A stretch of 64,000 nucleotides of DNA from the human T2T-CHM13v2.0 reference genome, Homo sapiens. A program made the position numbers and the translations under genes. The stretch lies in assembly GCF_009914755.1 (NCBI RefSeq), contig NC_060942.1; one strand, 5' to 3'. How positions within the stretch are numbered: the first letter of the stretch is position 1; each line of letters starts with the position of its first letter. The notes under the pieces were generated by a model. That model saw nothing but the letters and a program-made list of their open reading frames with translations, was not told the DNA's origin and did not search any database. Positions 30,312 to 45,557 of this stretch are shown piece after piece.

Positions 30312-33300
30312 TGATCAATCTTCAAATGAGTGTTTGAACTGGAGGGCTACTCGGATTCTCTGTAAAAGAGAAGGAACTTGATTTTCAATGGGTGGTTGAT
30401 TTTCTACTCCCTTATAAAAGCCCATGCTCACAAGCTCCTTGCATTGTCTAGAATCTGCCCTCCAAAAAGTTTGGGGTCAGTGAATGAAAAACTGCAAACA
30501 GAACCCACATTAATGAACTTTGAAAAAAATAGTAATTTATTTTGTAGGGCAGTTTTAGGTTTACAGAAAAATAAGCATAAAATACAAAGATTTCCACCTA
30601 CCCTCTCATCTCCACACCAGTTTGTCCTATTAGTAACATCTTGCATGTGGTGCATTTGTTATAAATGATGGGCCAATATTGATGCATTAAATAAAGCCCA
30701 TAGTTTACATTAGGTTAATGAATGTTTAGATTCTTAGTTTTCATTCAAGTGAGATGAACCCAAGTCTGGAGTTTTCCATACCTTTCTCTCTATGTCTCAT
30801 TTGATCCATGACCTCCCCCGGCCAGTCCTGTGAATGTGGCATGACATTTCTCTTCTCTGGCTCTGCCGGTGTGGATGGTAGCCTAAGCTCCTTCCAGCTC
30901 TAAAATCCCACAAGTCTCTATTTCAAGTTCCTACCTCCCTCTATTATCCGTTTGTCTGTTTAATCTGTTAACATTTACAATGGAGGTTGATCCTGGGAGG
31001 AAAGGTCTGGGCTGCTTTTGGGGTGAAGGGAGAGGGTCGAGGAGAGCATTTCTCTTTCCTTGGATTTTGTGTCCACTCAACACATGAAAATATATTCAGT
31101 CTTCCTAGCCTCTGCTCCCGCCCCTTTCCCATTGCAGCACCCAGGAGAAAGGTTCTCAGAAAACATCCAGGTACGTGCCCTGTGACTTCCTGTCACCATA
31201 ATGACCCCCCAGGTTAAGGAGGAGTGGAATCTGTCATCATCTCACTCCCAGACACTCTTGGGTGCCTCCCAGCCAGTACTTTTCTCCCTACAGCTCCCCC
31301 CATCCTCCCCACCACCTGCAACCTCACACCTGGCTCCTTGCTCTCTCTCCTCCCCAGTGCTCTGCAGGCCATGGGAAGCCCCTCTCACTCCTGGGAAGTG
31401 GGAAACAAGATCCTTCTCTTGCAGGCATTGTCCGGTCGCCCTCCCTTTGGCCCTCAGTTACATGCCCTCTTCAGCAGTCTTCAACCTGGCAAATAACACG
31501 TCTCCACTCACACTTACCCACCACTGAGTGGCCTGGGATTTCCACCCTGGTCCTCCAACCAGTCAGAGCAGCTACTCTTTGGTCTGTTTTAAATATGGAG
31601 CTTCCGTTGAACATATCGTTTGATAAAAAGCCCACGCTTGCGCTTCCTGTGCTAGCTGCTTGCTGTGTGACTTTGGGCAAGTTACTTAAGCTCTCTGTGC
31701 TTTGGCTCCTTCATCTATAAAATGGGGATAATAATGGTATCTGCTGCATAGGCTTTTATGAGGATTTGATGAACATAATATGTGTAAGCACTTAACGTGT
31801 CTCGAACACAGTGAGCATTATATAAATATTAGCTATTATGATGATGATGATATTTATTTTTTTAAACCCTGCCTTCTGTTGGCTCTCTCTTTGATCCTCT
31901 TGGCTCTCCTCCCTCTCCTTTTCCTAGATGGTTTCCCAGACCTTATCAATATCTACCCTTCTCCTCTGCCCACTTCCTGCCATGGTCAGCCACCAGCAGT
32001 CCCTGTCCAGCAGGGGGCTGGTGGCTGAGGCCTCAGCACCACGACTTCTCAAATCACTGATAAAACAATTTTTTTTTCTGCATTTGGTTGGAAACTCTAG
32101 AAGAAAAGGCACATTGAGGCCACTAGGCTGGAAGAACAGACCCATCTTCCCTCCAGTTCATAAGCAACCTCCCCTGCACCACCCTTCAGGTGCCCCTACC
32201 AAAACTACCCCTTCTGCCTTCTGAATTTAGGACAAATGTACTTTTCTCTCCAGGCCCTTCTGTCCAAAACCTCCTTTCCTAGAGACTCTATTTACTCCCT
32301 TTGTCCAAGGCTGAGATGGCCCTATCTGTTCCCTTGAAACTCCCTTATGTTACCCTTGCTCAGGGCATTTTGGGATGTCTATGGGTGGTTGGTGCCTGGT
32401 GCCAGGCTCTGAAAAGGAGCTGGGAGTAATGGGAGTGCCTGTTCAGGATGGACACACTAGGGGGTCCTCAGGAAGTAGGGCACCCATAGCCCTGTCCGAA
32501 CTCATCCATTTGTACCCCACAAATCAATATCCAGAAAGGATGTATCTGGACTGAGCTAAGTTTGCTTGTACCAGAATTTTGGATGAAAAGGGTTGTTTAG
32601 CCAAAGAACCAAGAAAACAACATTAGAAGGCTTTTGTTTAACCTACTTAAAAGTGAGAGTGTTTTTTAGACTTCGGTGCAACAGTTTGTATGTAAATAGC
32701 TTGTGCTAATTGCAAATAAGTCTTATCTCTTCTTTAAAGTAGACCCTGAGGGATTTTTATCTGGAAATACTTTGTTAGCAGTTACTCCAAAGCAATATAA
32801 TTACTGTTCTCTCAAACATTCTTTAATACAGACTTGTGTCTAAATCAGGGGAGGAAAGAAGGAGCTAATATAAAACCTTGTCACTCACAAAGCCATCCTT
32901 ATAAGGAAGAACTTTCGAGCCATGTGAGCCGTCAATACCCAAGAGGGTGTGGGGAGGGAATGAGCTGCTCTTGCAAGGATTGCAGGAAAAGAAAGGGAGG
33001 TGCTGGGGGCGGGGAAGGAACCCTCCCCTTCCTTTGTTTTCTTCACCCTGTGCCCTAATGAGAGGCTTGGCCAGAGGAGAGGTGGCATTTCAGCACAAAC
33101 TGTCTATCCTGGACCGCAGGATGTTAGCAGAATGGGTATTGGGGTGAGATAGGTTGAGGGAGGAGGCCCTTTTCCAGAAAAGGAGCTGTACACACTCACC
33201 ATGCTGGCTGCCTGGTCTCAGCCTCAGGATTAGGACTGTTGGGATACAGAGCTCTAGGGCAGCTATAGGTAGAAGAGTAGCTTTCTGCTGGGGCCGGGAC

Positions 33301-33460
33301 AGGAGGCGTTCACTCTCAAGCGCCAGCCCTGCACTTGCATGAGCTTGAGGTTAGGTGCCTCCTTACGTTTTGCATCCTGGGCCTTTGCTTGCCTCACCTT
33401 AGTCCCGGCCCTGCTTGCTGCCCTGCCACAAGTATGAAGACTTATTGAAATGCAAAACCT

Positions 33461-34144
<684 letters not shown>

Positions 34145-36879
34145 TCATAGGCACCTATCATTCCTTCCTCACAGTAGACAGCAGGGATGAGGGCAGTAGC
34201 CAGGCTGGGCACAGCAATCAGGGGAGAGAATGTGGCAGGAAGGCCACCTTTCCAGACCCTTCTCCCCACGCCCTTGTAAGGGGTTCTCCCCTCTCCTTCA
34301 CCTGCAGCCTCAGCATGGCCTGGGAGGCAGAGGGCTGACTGGAATGAGTCAAACAATAGAGCTTGCCCAGGGCCCCAGCATCCCCTAGGGAAAATCAGTG
34401 CCCATCCCAAAAAAGCCATCTCATCCTGTAAAAGTATGGAGCTGGGATCTGGCTGATGAGACTCCTGGCCCCTCCCTCTCCCCCTCCCCAACCACACACC
34501 TGCTCCCACTTCCTCCACTGCTGCCCCAAGGCCTGCTCCCGAGGGGTCCCATCCGGGCACCCAGGGTGTGGAGGGCCCCCATCAGACAGCCAGGATCAAG
34601 CCCAGCCTTGCCCCTGTGTGACCGTCAGCAAGTCAGAGACCCTCTCTGGTTCTCCGTCCTTGCTCCTATAACGCAGAAATGCTGCACTGGCGAGGGGCCT
34701 CATCCCACCTTCTTTGTTCCCCCCCATATCTCCATAAACAACATGGCTGCCTCTGGTTTCAGGAGGCTCCCCTTGGGTGAAGTGTAGTCTCTGCTTTCTC
34801 GCTGCTACCTGAAACTCATTATTACCTTCTAATTCCTTTGAATAAACCAGTAGGAACTGCTTTGTTAAAAATGGAAGATGTGTCAGAGGTGTGTTTTTAG
34901 GTACATGTTTCTGAATCTGTGGCTGTAAGGGTTTGAGGTAGCTTATGATAATACATAAAGTGTCCTTATATACACATTTGTAGTTATTTATTTATCTAAA
35001 GCCAGGACGTAGCAACTAAAAGCTGGAGATGGCTCCATTTAAATTCAGAGATTAAACTCATTTGTTCTGGAAGCTCCTCTTAAAGAACCACAAAAGAATC
35101 AGAAACACTTAAATCCACTGGGTCTAGGCCATGAGAAATGTCAACAAAGTGTTGCAAGATGAAAGAGGATGGATGAGATGAAACCGATTAGCAGAGAGAA
35201 GAAAACTGACACCTCCTAGCCTGCGGCTGAGAAGTCAATGTGAAGGAAGCTTCTTAAGAATTGGAAGCGCCAGAAATCTCTAAAGGGTGGGGTACAATGA
35301 AGGAGCTGAAAACGAGAAGATGGGTTGGAAGTTTAAGGAGCAGTTAGAGACTGGGATTCCTTTCCCACCTCCAGCCAGGGACCTACTCACCTACTCCCAT
35401 AACCCATATTCCAAAGACATTTACTCTCTGGAGAACTGGATCTGAGGCCCTGGGCCTGGGGACAGTAGGCTCAGGGGAAGATGGCAGTGTGGGGCCGCAC
35501 AGCTGGCAGTGGACGTGAAAGCCCTCACTCTGCGCTCTCAGGCCACAGCACGCACCCCACTCCACGCTTGCTTCCCAGATGTGGGAAACGTGTCTGGACT
35601 TCCATAAAGACATTTCTGTATGAGTCTTCATCTGGGGGCAGGAGGCATTGGCCTCTCCTAAGAGGCCTGCAAGGCCATTTTCCCTGGTGCCCTTTGGCAT
35701 GGACTGGGGATATGGCTTTAGGGACAGAGGGTGGGGCAATTCTGCAGGAGGCCATAGCAGTGGCATCAAAGCACTCAGCTCTCTGGGGGCAGAGTCCCAT
35801 CTGTGAATGACCTAGAACTGGAGGAGTGCCCTCAAGCTCTCTTCCACATATACTGGTAGCCTCATTTGGGATCAAAACCCAGCAGCCCAGGATGAGCTAC
35901 AATGTTCGTTTGCCTGAGCTTTCAGTGCAGATACTCAGCTGTGAGTAAGGGTATTTGCACAATGAGCTGGAAACATTAAGGCACACACACAGGGTTTTTC
36001 CAGAACAGATAGGAATAAGGATGAATTCAGTCTCGCCAGTTACTAGAGTCATCTCCCTGGACTGGGGAGCCTCCTAGGGAGCCTTCTGCCATGGGCAGGC
36101 TGCAAGGTCAAAAGCCCAGAGCTTTGGGAGAGCTGGAGGCATCAGCAAAGACAAGGTTAAGGTATGGCGGGAGGGGGAGTAGAGCCCTGGCTGGAATACC
36201 AGGGAAGAGGAAATGGGATGCTGGAGTCAGTGTTTACCTTTATCATCTAGCCCTGGGGCAGCCCTGTTTCAACAGCTTGCTTCTGAGGCTGAAGTTTTCT
36301 TGGCAATAGCCTGGCAGCCTCTCCCTGCAGAGTGCTGAGCTGGTTCCAAAAGACAGCAGGATCTCTTGGAGAGCTGAAAGTCTCAGGTTTCAGATTTTTG
36401 TCTTTGTTGGAGTCATAGTGGGACAGAACAAGAAAAAAAGTGAGAGTGCATCTAGTCACTAGAGTTACAAACCTAATAAGTGGTAGGGCTGAAACTGATA
36501 ATGACCGTTAACACTTCCTAAGCCCTTACTGGGTGCCAGACACTGTGCTAAGCCAGTTACATGAACTGCCTCATTCATCCTTATAATAATTCCATGACAT
36601 TGGGATCATCTCCAATTTTCAGGGGAAAGGGAGGCAGAGGGTAGTTCCATAACTTGCCCAAAGTACACTGCTAGGAAGTGAGGCTGGGATTTGAACCCAG
36701 ACTCCAGAACACTCAACTCTTATCCCAGGCTGCTCCCCTAAGACCCAGGTCTCTGAATCATAGTTCTTGGCCTTTGGCTTTACTCCAGGGATGTCCAGGG
36801 ATGCACAGAGGAAATGGAGGACCCAGAGAGAGAGTCCCTTCTTCAGACTATGACACCAAAGATGCTCCATCTCTCCCCT

Positions 36880-37970
36880 GAACACCAGACTCCTAGTGGG
36901 AACTGCCTACCCATGGGTCTACCTAGATGTCCAAGAAACAGCTTTACTATGAACTCTCACTCTCCCCTCACCATGTAAAATAAAACCGCACAGTCAAGCA
37001 AGACAAAAGCGTCTGTTTTTCCCATAGTCTTCTCCATCCCAAGAAATGGCAACCCCATTCTTTCAGGTGCACAGGGGTAACTTTTTTTTTGGTCAACATT
37101 GACTCTTTTCTTGGTCTCACATCTTGCATTCAATCCATCAACATAGCCTGTGGCTCTGCCTTCCAAACAGACCCAGAATCTGACCACTCTGAACTACAGT
37201 CAGCCCTCCATATCCTTGGGGAATTGGTTCCAGTACTCCTGCGGATATCAAAATCCACAGATGCCTAAGTCCCTGAGCAAAGCCCTCAGTCACAGGCTTT
37301 GCCTCTATGAATATAGAGGATCTCTGCACTTTCACTGCTACCAACCTGGTCCGGGCCAGTCTCATCTCATGCTAGGGCTATTGCAGTAGCCTCCCAGCAG
37401 ATTTCCTGCTTCTACACTATAATCTATCCTCAATATAGCAACCCCAGTGATCTAGTTAAAATGTAAGTTAGATGATGTCATTCTCTGCTCATCCAATAGC
37501 TACCCATCTCTTTCAGAGTACATGCCAGAGACCTTCAAGTGCCTTCAAGGTCCCGCAGGACTCATCACTGCTCTGACCGTATCCCTTATTGGCTTGCTTG
37601 ACCTCATGCTGTTTCTGCTACAGTGGCCTCCCTGAAGTTTCAACAACATTCCAGGTTTATCTTTGCTTTTCCATTTGCTTGGAGTGCTTTCCCCTCAGAT
37701 GTCTACATGGCATCATCTCATCTGCATTAGGGATTTATTTATTCAATATCAAGTTTTCACCACCCTATTTAAAGTTGCAAACATCCCCCATGTCTCTCTT
37801 CCCTACTTTATTTTTCTTCATTATGCGTTTCCATATGACATATCATACAGTTTATATATTTGTTTGTTTATATCTGTTTCCCCCAGTTAGAATATAAGCT
37901 CCATGAAATCCAGGATTTTCGTCTCTTTTGCTTGCCACTTTTTCCCCAGCATTGACATATGAATGAATGA
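36880..37970. mobile_element. L2 fragments with a small Tigger-like insert (about 37196-37275)
   Basis: L2 3' motifs (AGAATATAAGCTCCATGA, TGAATGAATGA) and TACAGTCAGCCCTCCATATCC. Confidence 0.65.
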
Positions 37971-38417
37971 CCAGGGGTAACTTCTACTGAATGGCTCTAG
38001 ACTGGACCAGGACTCCTGGTGTTGTCCTTCCTCAGCCCCAACAATATATAGAACCTCCCTGAGGCAAAGGGTCCAGTGGATCCCCTGAACAATCTTCTCT
38101 TCTATCCACCTCAGGGGTGAGCCCAGGGCCACTGTCTCTCAATACACAATGTACATGCCCTAAGGAGGGTTTGAAATCTGAAGTTCCCAAACTTGGGAAT
38201 TTCATTAAAAGGAGAGCTGGGCTGCTAGAAGGTTAAGTAACAGGTCTTTGGAGAAATGACTCAGACTGGCTAAGGGGCTCTTGGGCAATAGTTGAGGGAT
38301 TGAGAAGAGTATACTGATCACAGATGATGAGGTTGGGCTTCCTCAAGTCCTTGAGCTGGGATGAGTCTCATCATAGAAAATATTCTAAGCCATGAAATAG
38401 ACTCATTTACCTACACA

Positions 38418-39066
38418 CATCCATCCACTCGCCAACTCTCCATCTATCCATCCACCCATCCACTCATTCATCCACCCTCTCACCCATCTGTCCATTTATC
38501 CACTCACCCATCCTGTCAACCAGTCAGCCAATCAGCCAGCCAGCCAGCCAGCCAGCCACCCAGCCACCCAGCCACCCAGCCACCCAGCCACCCATTCACC
38601 CACCCATCCACCCATTCACGCATTTACCCATCCATCCATCCACCCACCCATCTATCTACCCATCCACCCATTTATCCATCCACCCACCCACCCATTCATC
38701 TATCCATCCACCCATCCACCCACCCATTCACCCGTCTATCCATCCATCCACCCATCCATCTATCCATCCACCCATCCAACCACCCACCTACTCATATATC
38801 CATCCATCCACCCATCCAACCATCCATTCATCCATTCATCCACACACCCATCTATCTACCCTTTCACCCATCCACCCACCCATCCATCCATCCATCCACC
38901 CACCCATCCAACCATCCATTCATCCATTCATCCACACACCCATCTATCTACCCTTTCACCCATCCACCCACCCATCCATCCATCCATCCACCCACCCACC
39001 CATCTATCCACCCATCCCCCCATCCACCCACCTACCCATCCATTCATCTATCTATCCATCCATTCA
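38418..39066. repeat. (CCAT)n/(CCAC)n/(CCAG)n compound microsatellite
   Basis: About 650 bp of tetranucleotide repeats. Confidence 0.97.
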
Positions 39067-39323
39067 CCACACATGCACTTAGTACCCACACTATGCCCTG
39101 GGGCCTGTGCTAAGTGCTGGGGTTACAGAGATGAGTGAGACCTAGCTTTTCTTCTTAAGGACTCACACTCCAGTTAGGAAGACACATGAGGAGACACACA
39201 ATTCCAACATACTTCTCATAGATGTGGGTGGGCTTCTAGCTCTGTCTTGGGGGAGGGGTAATGGAAATGTTTCCTGGAGTGATTGGAGGCCTTGAGTTGA
39301 GATGTAAAGAATGTGATGCACAG

Positions 39324-40430
39324 AAAAGGGGCTTCCAGGAGCCTGATTAGAGGGGCCCAGAACTTGCCTCCTCCACCAAGAACAACCAAAACAGCGAGTA
39401 GATAACCAAACATCAAATAGAGCTTCCAAGAGAGAACACTAGAATTCAGCAGGGAAGTGACAGGGAACTTCTAAAGCATGGAAGGAGAAGGCAGGGATTG
39501 GCTCAGAGCCAGGAGGGGAAAAGGTAAGCAAGAGATCCCCAGTGGTCCACATTACACTGCAGACTCCTGCAGTCCTCATCATGGGAGAGTCCTTCAGCCC
39601 TCATGGGCCCTGAGACAAGTATGGAGAGCTGCCTGGAGCCCATGCGACTGCATTTCTCCAGAGATCGTGTTCATGCCGAGTCCACACACCCCCTGAGATC
39701 AAAGTAGCTGCAGCACAGCACCATCTTAAGAACCCAGCCACCACCAGACTATATCCTGCCCAGGGCCCAAAAACCCCTGCATCTCCACATCCCTGGAGAC
39801 CCACCCACAACCCCCACATCTACCCAGGGGGCTGCAGCATTGCAACAATGGCTGGACCCAGGAGTGTGACCAAGTCCCCAGCACTCTAGCCCACGTAGTA
39901 TCCTATACCTTGAGGGATGGGTGATGCAGCATGCCAAGGAGTCTCCCCTGGGGACAAAGGGACCTGAAGTGTGTGCTCCCCAGAACCTGAGGGCCACCTG
40001 CCCTGGACTGCTGCCATTGCCCTTCAGCAGCAGAGCAGCAGGTCATGATCTCACTCAGAAGTGGGAGATAAGAAAGTTGTTCTCATGGAGGTAGAGAGTA
40101 GAATGATAGTTATCAGAAGCTGGGAATGGGGTTGGGAGGAATACAGAGAGGCCGGTTCATGGGTATAAACATGCAGTTAGATAGGAGGAATATGTTCTAG
40201 AGTTTTACAGCACAGTAGGGTGACTCTAGTTAACAATAATTTATTGTATATTTCAAATTAGTTGGAAGAGCAGATTTGAAATGTTCCCAATACAAGGAAA
40301 TGATAAACATTCGAGGTGATGGATATGCCAATTACCCTGATTTAATCATTACAGATTGTATACATGTATCAAAATACCATATGTACCCCACAGATGTGTA
40401 TAATTATTATGCATCAATTAAAAAAAAAGA
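39324..40430 (+). mobile_element. Internally deleted L1MA-type element (5' end joined to 3' end)
   Basis: 5'-UTR-like GC-rich part to about 40040, then L1MA 3' end and A tail. Flanked by AAAGAATGTGAWGCACAG repeats. Confidence 0.65.
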
Positions 40431-40435
40431 ATGTG

Positions 40436-40725
40436 GGCCGGGAGTGGGGACTTTGGGAGGCCGAGGTGGGTGGATCACCTGAGGTCAGGAATTCAAGACC
40501 AGGCTGGCCAACATGGTGAAACCTCATCTCAACTAAAAATACAAAAATTAGCTGGGCCTGGTTGCATGTGCCTGTAATCCTAGCTGTTTGGGAGGCTGAC
40601 ACATGAGAATCACTTGAATCCAGCAAGTGGAGGTTGCAGTGAGCCGAGATCGTGCCACTGCACTCCAGCCTGGGTGACAGAGTGAGACATCATCTCAAAA
40701 AACAAAACAAATCATAATAATAAAA
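40436..40725 (+). mobile_element. AluS inserted at the L1 tail (TSD AAAAAAAGAATGTG)
   Basis: Alu consensus with a small left-arm deletion, TSD on both sides. Confidence 0.92.
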
Positions 40726-41859
40726 AAAGAATGTGAAGCACAGTGCCTGGTAGGGTGGAGGAATGGATGGGTGGCAAGGAGACTTCAGGCACAGATCAGC
40801 CCTGGCAGAGGACAGCAGAGAGGACAGTGTGTGTGACATTGCTGGGGGCCACCCTGCTGGGCACAGAGCTGTGGGCGACTTGCCCAGATGGAGATGGCCC
40901 AGGTCCAGGGACTTGGAGAACCAGGTAGGGGGCAGGGGGTGGGGAGGCCTGTGGGTAAGAAAGTGCCCCGGAATGGACCAAAGGTATTAATGAGTTTTAA
41001 TGGAGCTCTCGAAGCAATAGTTTCCTCAGATCCCAAGTCCTCTGAGGAAAGCCGAGCCAGCAGGGCAGGTAAAGGATGGCCGGAAAGCTCTCTAAGGTCC
41101 TGGGGTATGTTGTTGAGCCAGGCCAGCACTACCCCATCGATGGTAAGCCAAAATTCACAGGACACACCAGCAACAGGATGGTAACGGGTTCCTCCTGTAC
41201 CAGCAGTGGCCGAGTCACCCACAGATGCCACACTCTGCAGTGAGAGCCCTGTGTATCTCTTGCCAGAAGGACAGGGCAGAGAACCAGTTTGGACTCTGGG
41301 CTGCACACTCATCTCCAGGTCCTGACAGGGAATGGGGAGGCTGAGAGGAGGCAGTGGATTCGAGGGCAGGACATCCTGAGAGGCCTGCTGTGGGGCTGAG
41401 CGTGCGCCCTGCCTCCTGGCTGCCCTTGAATCTGAGGCAAGCGACTGGGGCTTCAACAGGGCTATGTGAGATGGGGTGTGACCATACACGGCAGACAAGC
41501 TGCCTGCCCACTCTGGAGACATGGCTGGGATGAGATGGGCTGGCCCCGGTCACAGAGAGGTGAGTGGCCTGAACGGCTGGAGTGTGTCAGAGAGAAGGGT
41601 GCCCGAGGGCCTCTTGTGGAGTGTCTCAGATCCTAAACAAGAGGACAGTGTGGAGGGTGAACCCACACAAGTGCTCATGAAAGTCTAAACACCTGCCAGG
41701 TCTGGAAACAAAGACACTAGCCACAATAGCAGCCCTCAGACAGGAAGCTGCCTGCTGCCTTCACCTCTCTTCCTCCCGCAGGAGTCTGAAACCCTGGGTC
41801 ACCAAAAGGCAGGAGGAGGAGGGACAGGGCAAGGCAGGGGAAGAGAGGGGAGGCTGACT

Positions 41860-42327
41860 CACATACACACATATGCATGCACACATCACACCCACATTCA
41901 TGTACACACACACAGATTCACATGCATGCACAGCACAATCACACACTTGTATACACACACAGGCACACAGATTCACATGCATGCACACACTGCACTCGTG
42001 TTCACACACACATGCCTTCACACACCCAGATACACTTGCATGCACACACACCACACCCACACTTGTGTACACACATGCACACATATTCGCATGCACGCAC
42101 ACACACCTGCACACACACTGATGTGTGCGCACACACATGCTCTCACACATCTTCACATGCATACATTCACCCTACACACACCCACACTCATGTACACACA
42201 CATGCCCAGTGATTCACATACAGGCACACACCACATATATACTAATGTGTACACCCACACATTCAAACACACACTATACCTTATACCTGCACACTACATA
42301 ATACACTCACTGCACACACACTCACAC
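41860..42327. repeat. Degenerate (CA)n-rich repeat
   Basis: About 470 bp of CACA/CATG alternation. Confidence 0.95.
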
Positions 42328-43548
42328 CCCTCCCTCACTGTGGGCCCACCTGTGACGGGACTGAGCCAGGAGATGGCAGGAAGCTTAATTTTAAGTTTGA
42401 TGTTTTAATCTTTACTTTGGGGCTGGACATTTAAATTATAGAATGGAGATGGATTTCATGACTTAAAGTGTTTGTTGGACTTTTTATTACCTACTGGAGT
42501 CCACAGGAGTTGTGAGGCTTGTCTAAATTTTCATCTAGGGACAGGGGAAGAACCAGTTCCACAGAAGGAGATGGAAACAAAGCTGTTTAATGATGCCATC
42601 TTCCCCTCCCCATCCCCCAAGTCCTGCGTGTTCAGCATGGTGGATATACTCACTATCTGGTGTAGGCACTGAATTTAAACTACATACACATGAACTCATT
42701 TAGTCCTCATCATAACCTACAAGGTGGGCATTGTGATCATTCCCCCTGTGTTACAGATAAGGAAACTGAGGCCCAGAGAGAGAAAATAATGTGCCCAAGT
42801 TCTCACAGTTGCAAAGAGGCAGAACGGGAATTTAAACCCAGGCTGGTTGCCCCCAGAGCCTGTGCATTTAACCTCTCTCTGAGAGATCTCTGAGAGGGGC
42901 CTGAACTTGCCTCAGGGTCCTGAAGCCTCACTGCGAGTTTAGACCTTTCTGGGACAGAGGGTGCAGGGACAGCAAAGTGGCAGAAACACTGGTCCTGGGG
43001 TGCCCTCCTGTAGGGATATTTTCCAGCCCGACCCACCTTGTTGCTGTCCTTTTCTCTACAGGAAAATCAGAAGTTAGGTGCTGAGCTCTGCGAAGTCTTG
43101 CTGTGACTTTGTGACTGCCGATCAGGGAGAGTGTGTGTGCATGTGTGAATCTGTGTGGGTACTCAAATGTACAGTTCTCCTGCTGCCTCTCCATCAAGGT
43201 CACATTCCCCTTGAGGGTAAAGACCAGGTCTTCACTTTGTTCCCAAGCCCCTCTCAGCTCTCAGTCCAAACCTTGCCCACAGAGAGCCACAGGTGATAAT
43301 CACCAAATAACCTCAATGACCCTGCTTTCTCTCCCGGCCTTAGAGTGCCAGTGACCAGGCTGTTGCAGGTGCCATCCCTATCACCTTTGTGTCCAGTCCT
43401 GACTGTGTTAGCACAGGCTGGGATAACCAGCAGGCACTTGCCAATGCGTTCTCTGTAAAGTGATGGAAAGAATTATCTACTTTTCACAGGCTCATAAATC
43501 CCCCGGCAAAACACTTCTTCCTGAGGTTTTTCTCCACTTGCCACTGGG

Positions 43549-43554
43549 TTTATT
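43549..43554 (-). terminator. LOXHD1 poly(A) signal (AATAAA on minus)
   Basis: TTTATT on plus, about 480 nt past the LOXHD1 stop. Confidence 0.75.
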
Positions 43555-43743
43555 GAAACTGGGGAAAAGTATACACTTCTTAGCAAGCAGATGCTAAGAT
43601 GAGTTCTTTATAGGATATGGTTGGTAATAATTTAATTAGCCTAGCTTTTTTGGGGAAAAGTGTTAATTAGTTTTTGCTTAAAATACACCATCTTGATGGC
43701 CTCTGCTTCTCCACTTCTATCCCCTGGGTGAAGACTCAATTTC

Positions 43744-43781
43744 TCATCCACACTCTGCAGCAAGTCCCAGCCTGGTCACTA
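43744..43781 (-). CDS. LOXHD1: Alternative LOXHD1 C-terminal coding segment (VVTRLGLAAECG*)
   Basis: Strong minus-strand acceptor TTTTTTGTATTTCCTTTTTCTGTAATAACAG, in frame with an internal donor G|GTGAGC at 44215/44214. Resembles a recalled LOXHD1 isoform end. Confidence 0.7.
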
Positions 43782-44032
43782 CTGTTATTACAGAAAAAGG
43801 AAATACAAAAAATTATTTTTGGGCAGCCACAGATTATGACACATGCTAATTATTATCACTGTAGGTTCAATAAACTGGGGGTAGGGTGGGGAGCAGGACC
43901 CCATGAAGTTCTCAGTGGACTGCTAGCCCCCAGTGCCAATGCTAGAGGCTTTGAAGGGCTGCTGACCGCCAAGGTGGAGGGCAGAAATGTGAGATTGGGG
44001 CATCTCAGTGAGAGGGTGGGGGCCCTAGCCCC

Positions 44033-44734
<702 letters not shown>

Positions 44735-44794
44735 CTACTTCTTTTTTGCCCCTCATACTCCATGTCCAATCCATAAGCAAATCCTGTTGACTTT

Positions 44795-45557
44795 ATTTTT
44801 TTTTTCTCACCATCTTGGCCAGGCTGGTCTGGAACTCCTGACCTCATGATTCACCTGCCTCAGGCTCCCAAAGTGCTGGGATTACAGGCGTGAGCCACTG
44901 CGCCTGGCCGACCCTATTTTTAAGATATATCCAGAACCAGCCCACTTGAAAACTGTCTAGTATCTATCTGCCCTCCTGCTACTTGGGTCCAAGTCACCAT
45001 CATCTCCTATTTGGAAATTATCAAGAGCCTCCTAACTGGTCTTCTAGCTTTTTGCTACCTGTGGTCAATTCTCTATGAAGCAGCCATGTGATCCTATTGA
45101 GAGGTAAGCCCAAGTATGTCCTTCCCCTGCTCAGAACCCTCCAGTGGCTTCCCATGTCAAGTAAAAGCCAAAGACTTTACAACGGTCTGCAAAACTCCTC
45201 ATGATCTGACTCTCCTCTTCCTGTGTTTTCCTTTATTCATTTTTATGTATTTTTAATTTTTATTTTCTTTAGAGACAGGGTATCAATTTGCTACCCAGGT
45301 TGGACTGCAATGGCGCGATCATAGCTCACTATAACCTCGAACTCCTGGGCTCAAGTCATCCTCCTGCCTCAGCCTCCTGAGAAGCTGGAACTATGAGCAT
45401 GCACTATCATGTCCAGCTAATTTAAAAAAATATATTTTTGTAGAGATAGGGTCTCACCATGCTTCCCAGGCTAATCTTAAATTTCTGGCCTCAAGCAATT
45501 CTCCTGCGCTGGCCTCCCAAAGCACTAGGATTACAGGTGTGAGTCACTGCACACAGC
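44795..45557 (-). mobile_element. Alu left-arm fragment (44795-44909) and AluJ (about 45240-45557) within L2-like sequence
   Basis: Reverse Alu motifs. Confidence 0.85.

Noticed and set aside
38361-39113. 250-aa His/Pro-rich ORF
   Set aside because: Translation of a (CCAT)n microsatellite that lacks stop codons.
40785-41522. 245-aa minus-strand ORF downstream of LOXHD1
   Set aside because: No recognisable domain or exon structure. Chance ORF in GC-rich DNA.
41717-42408. His/Thr- and Cys/Val-rich ORFs
   Set aside because: Artefacts of the CA/TG repeat.
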